A stretch of 35,548 nt of DNA from the IMG/VR virus record IMGVR_UViG_3300010376_000087, positions 1 to 35,548 of that record; one strand, 5' to 3'. Shown here in pieces: positions 34,681-35,548 of the stretch (positions within the stretch are counted from its first letter, which is position 1; the number at the start of each line of letters is the position of its first letter). Origin of the DNA: a virus (lineage: Duplodnaviria; Caudoviricetes). Below the pieces are notes generated by a model. That model saw nothing but the letters and a program-made list of their open reading frames with translations, searched no databases and had not been told where the DNA came from. The position numbers and the translations under genes are program-made.

Positions 34681-35433
34681 TCACAGATCCCGCAGATCAC
34701 CTGCCACGACTTCGGCCTCGCCGTCAGCCTTGGCGGCTGGCGTGGCGACCGGAGCAGCCGGAGCAGCAACAGCGGGGCCGCTGCCCTTCTTGGCTGCGCT
34801 GGCCTTCTGGCTGGCCTTGGCCCGCAGCTTCTCGACGTGGGCCAGGACCTTGCTGAGGCCGCTGTGCAACTCGTCCAGTTCGTTGCTGGGCGTGGTGCCG
34901 GGAATCGACTGGATCAGCTTCTGGCCGCCGCTGCGGATGTCGGTGAGGACGTCGGCGAGCGTGGTGGCCGCCGCCGACGCCGCCGCACGGGCGGCGGGCG
35001 TGGTGGGGGCTGGCTTGCCCTGCTGGATGGCCACCGCCTTGCGGACGGCGGCGACGGTGACCTTGTCGGCCCCGCCCACGGTCTTGACGACCGCCTCCAG
35101 CAACTTCACCCCGGCGTCGATCGTCGGGAGCTTTTCGACTTCACGGTGGGCCGAGAAGCTGACACCGGCAATGCGCTTGGCCTTCGGCCAGTTCTTCGCG
35201 CTGTCCCGGTAGAGCCGGAGCGTGTTGGCCGACAGGTTGCCGAGGACCCCGGCAGCCATGGCCTTCTCAACGACCTGGTCGAAATCGTTGGTGCCCGGAG
35301 GATTGGTGACCAGGAGGGCGTCGGCCAGCGACCAACGGTCCTCCTCGGAGTTGATCGACCGCATGGCGTCGATCACATCGTCCAGCTGGGCCGCGCTGGG
35401 GCCAGCCGGGGCGGTGGTTGTTGCGGTGGGCAT
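34681..35433 (-). CDS. Putative DNA-binding protein (LmbU-like motif)
   Basis: GAAAGG SD; RWSLAD...TLRLY...RIAGVSFSAHREV resembles the LSFxHHxEV motif; Ala/Lys-rich tail. Confidence 0.55.
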   Translation of the reverse strand: MPTATTTAPAGPSAAQLDDVIDAMRSINSEEDRWSLADALLVTNPPGTNDFDQVVEKAMAAGVLGNLSANTLRLYRDSAKNWPKAKRIAGVSFSAHREVEKLPTIDAGVKLLEAVVKTVGGADKVTVAAVRKAVAIQQGKPAPTTPAARAAASAAATTLADVLTDIRSGGQKLIQSIPGTTPSNELDELHSGLSKVLAHVEKLRAKASQKASAAKKGSGPAVAAPAAPVATPAAKADGEAEVVAGDLRDL

Positions 35434-35480
35434 TTCTGCCTTTCTCCTGCTGCTACTTGGCTTCGCAGACAGGCGGCAAC

Positions 35481-35504
35481 GACCGGAGCCAACCGGCTCC
35501 GGTC
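35481..35504. other. Intergenic hairpin
   Basis: 10-bp stem GACCGGAGCC/GGCTCCGGTC. Confidence 0.55.
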
Positions 35505-35527
35505 CCACCGTCAAACCTGCGCTGCCG

Positions 35528-35543
35528 TGATAGACGTCTATCA
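35528..35543. repeat. 16-bp palindrome copy 15
   Basis: Exact copy, 5 nt from the window end. Confidence 0.97.
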
Positions 35544-35548
35544 ACGGC

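Noticed and set aside
688-35543. Palindrome array as a CRISPR array or insertion-sequence ends
   Set aside because: Copies are kilobases apart, there are no spacer-sized intervals, flanks are unrelated, and no transposase or cas operon was seen

Overview
A high-GC tailed phage (siphovirus-like, HK97-fold capsid) that probably infects an actinobacterium. It appears near-complete and cut inside a leftward early operon. Modules from left to right: (1) divergent sigma70-like promoters at about 640-805; (2) a cassette encoding an RHH protein, a DGQHR ParB-like protein, a tRNA-Arg(ACG)-like element, a Dam-like methyltransferase-fold protein and a second ParB/Srx protein; (3) a terminase block (TerL, HNH, TerS) whose terminase genes are inverted relative to the portal; (4) head, neck and tail genes, including a -1 frameshifted tail chaperone; (5) lysis genes; (6) replication/recombination genes (RusA, PD-(D/E)XK nuclease, SSB-like, primase-helicase); (7) an Rpf-like lipoprotein; (8) a leftward arm with DUF488-like, HEXXH-vWA and MoxR-type AAA+ genes. 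No integrase or ParA was recognised. The most striking unexplained feature is a perfect 16-bp palindrome, TGATAGACGTCTATCA. I found 15 copies (13 exact, 2 variants) at quasi-regular spacing of about 2.5 kb across the whole genome, some inside coding linkers. It has the same architecture as bacterial parS (TGTTTCACGTGAAACA, 10/16 identical). Together with two ParB-fold genes and a DNA-modification enzyme, this suggests a clamp-loading system that marks, coats or modifies the phage genome. Also notable are three diverged ~300-bp intergenic repeats each ending at a palindrome, and a ~490-nt structured leader RNA. All protein calls come from motif recognition by eye, not database searches.
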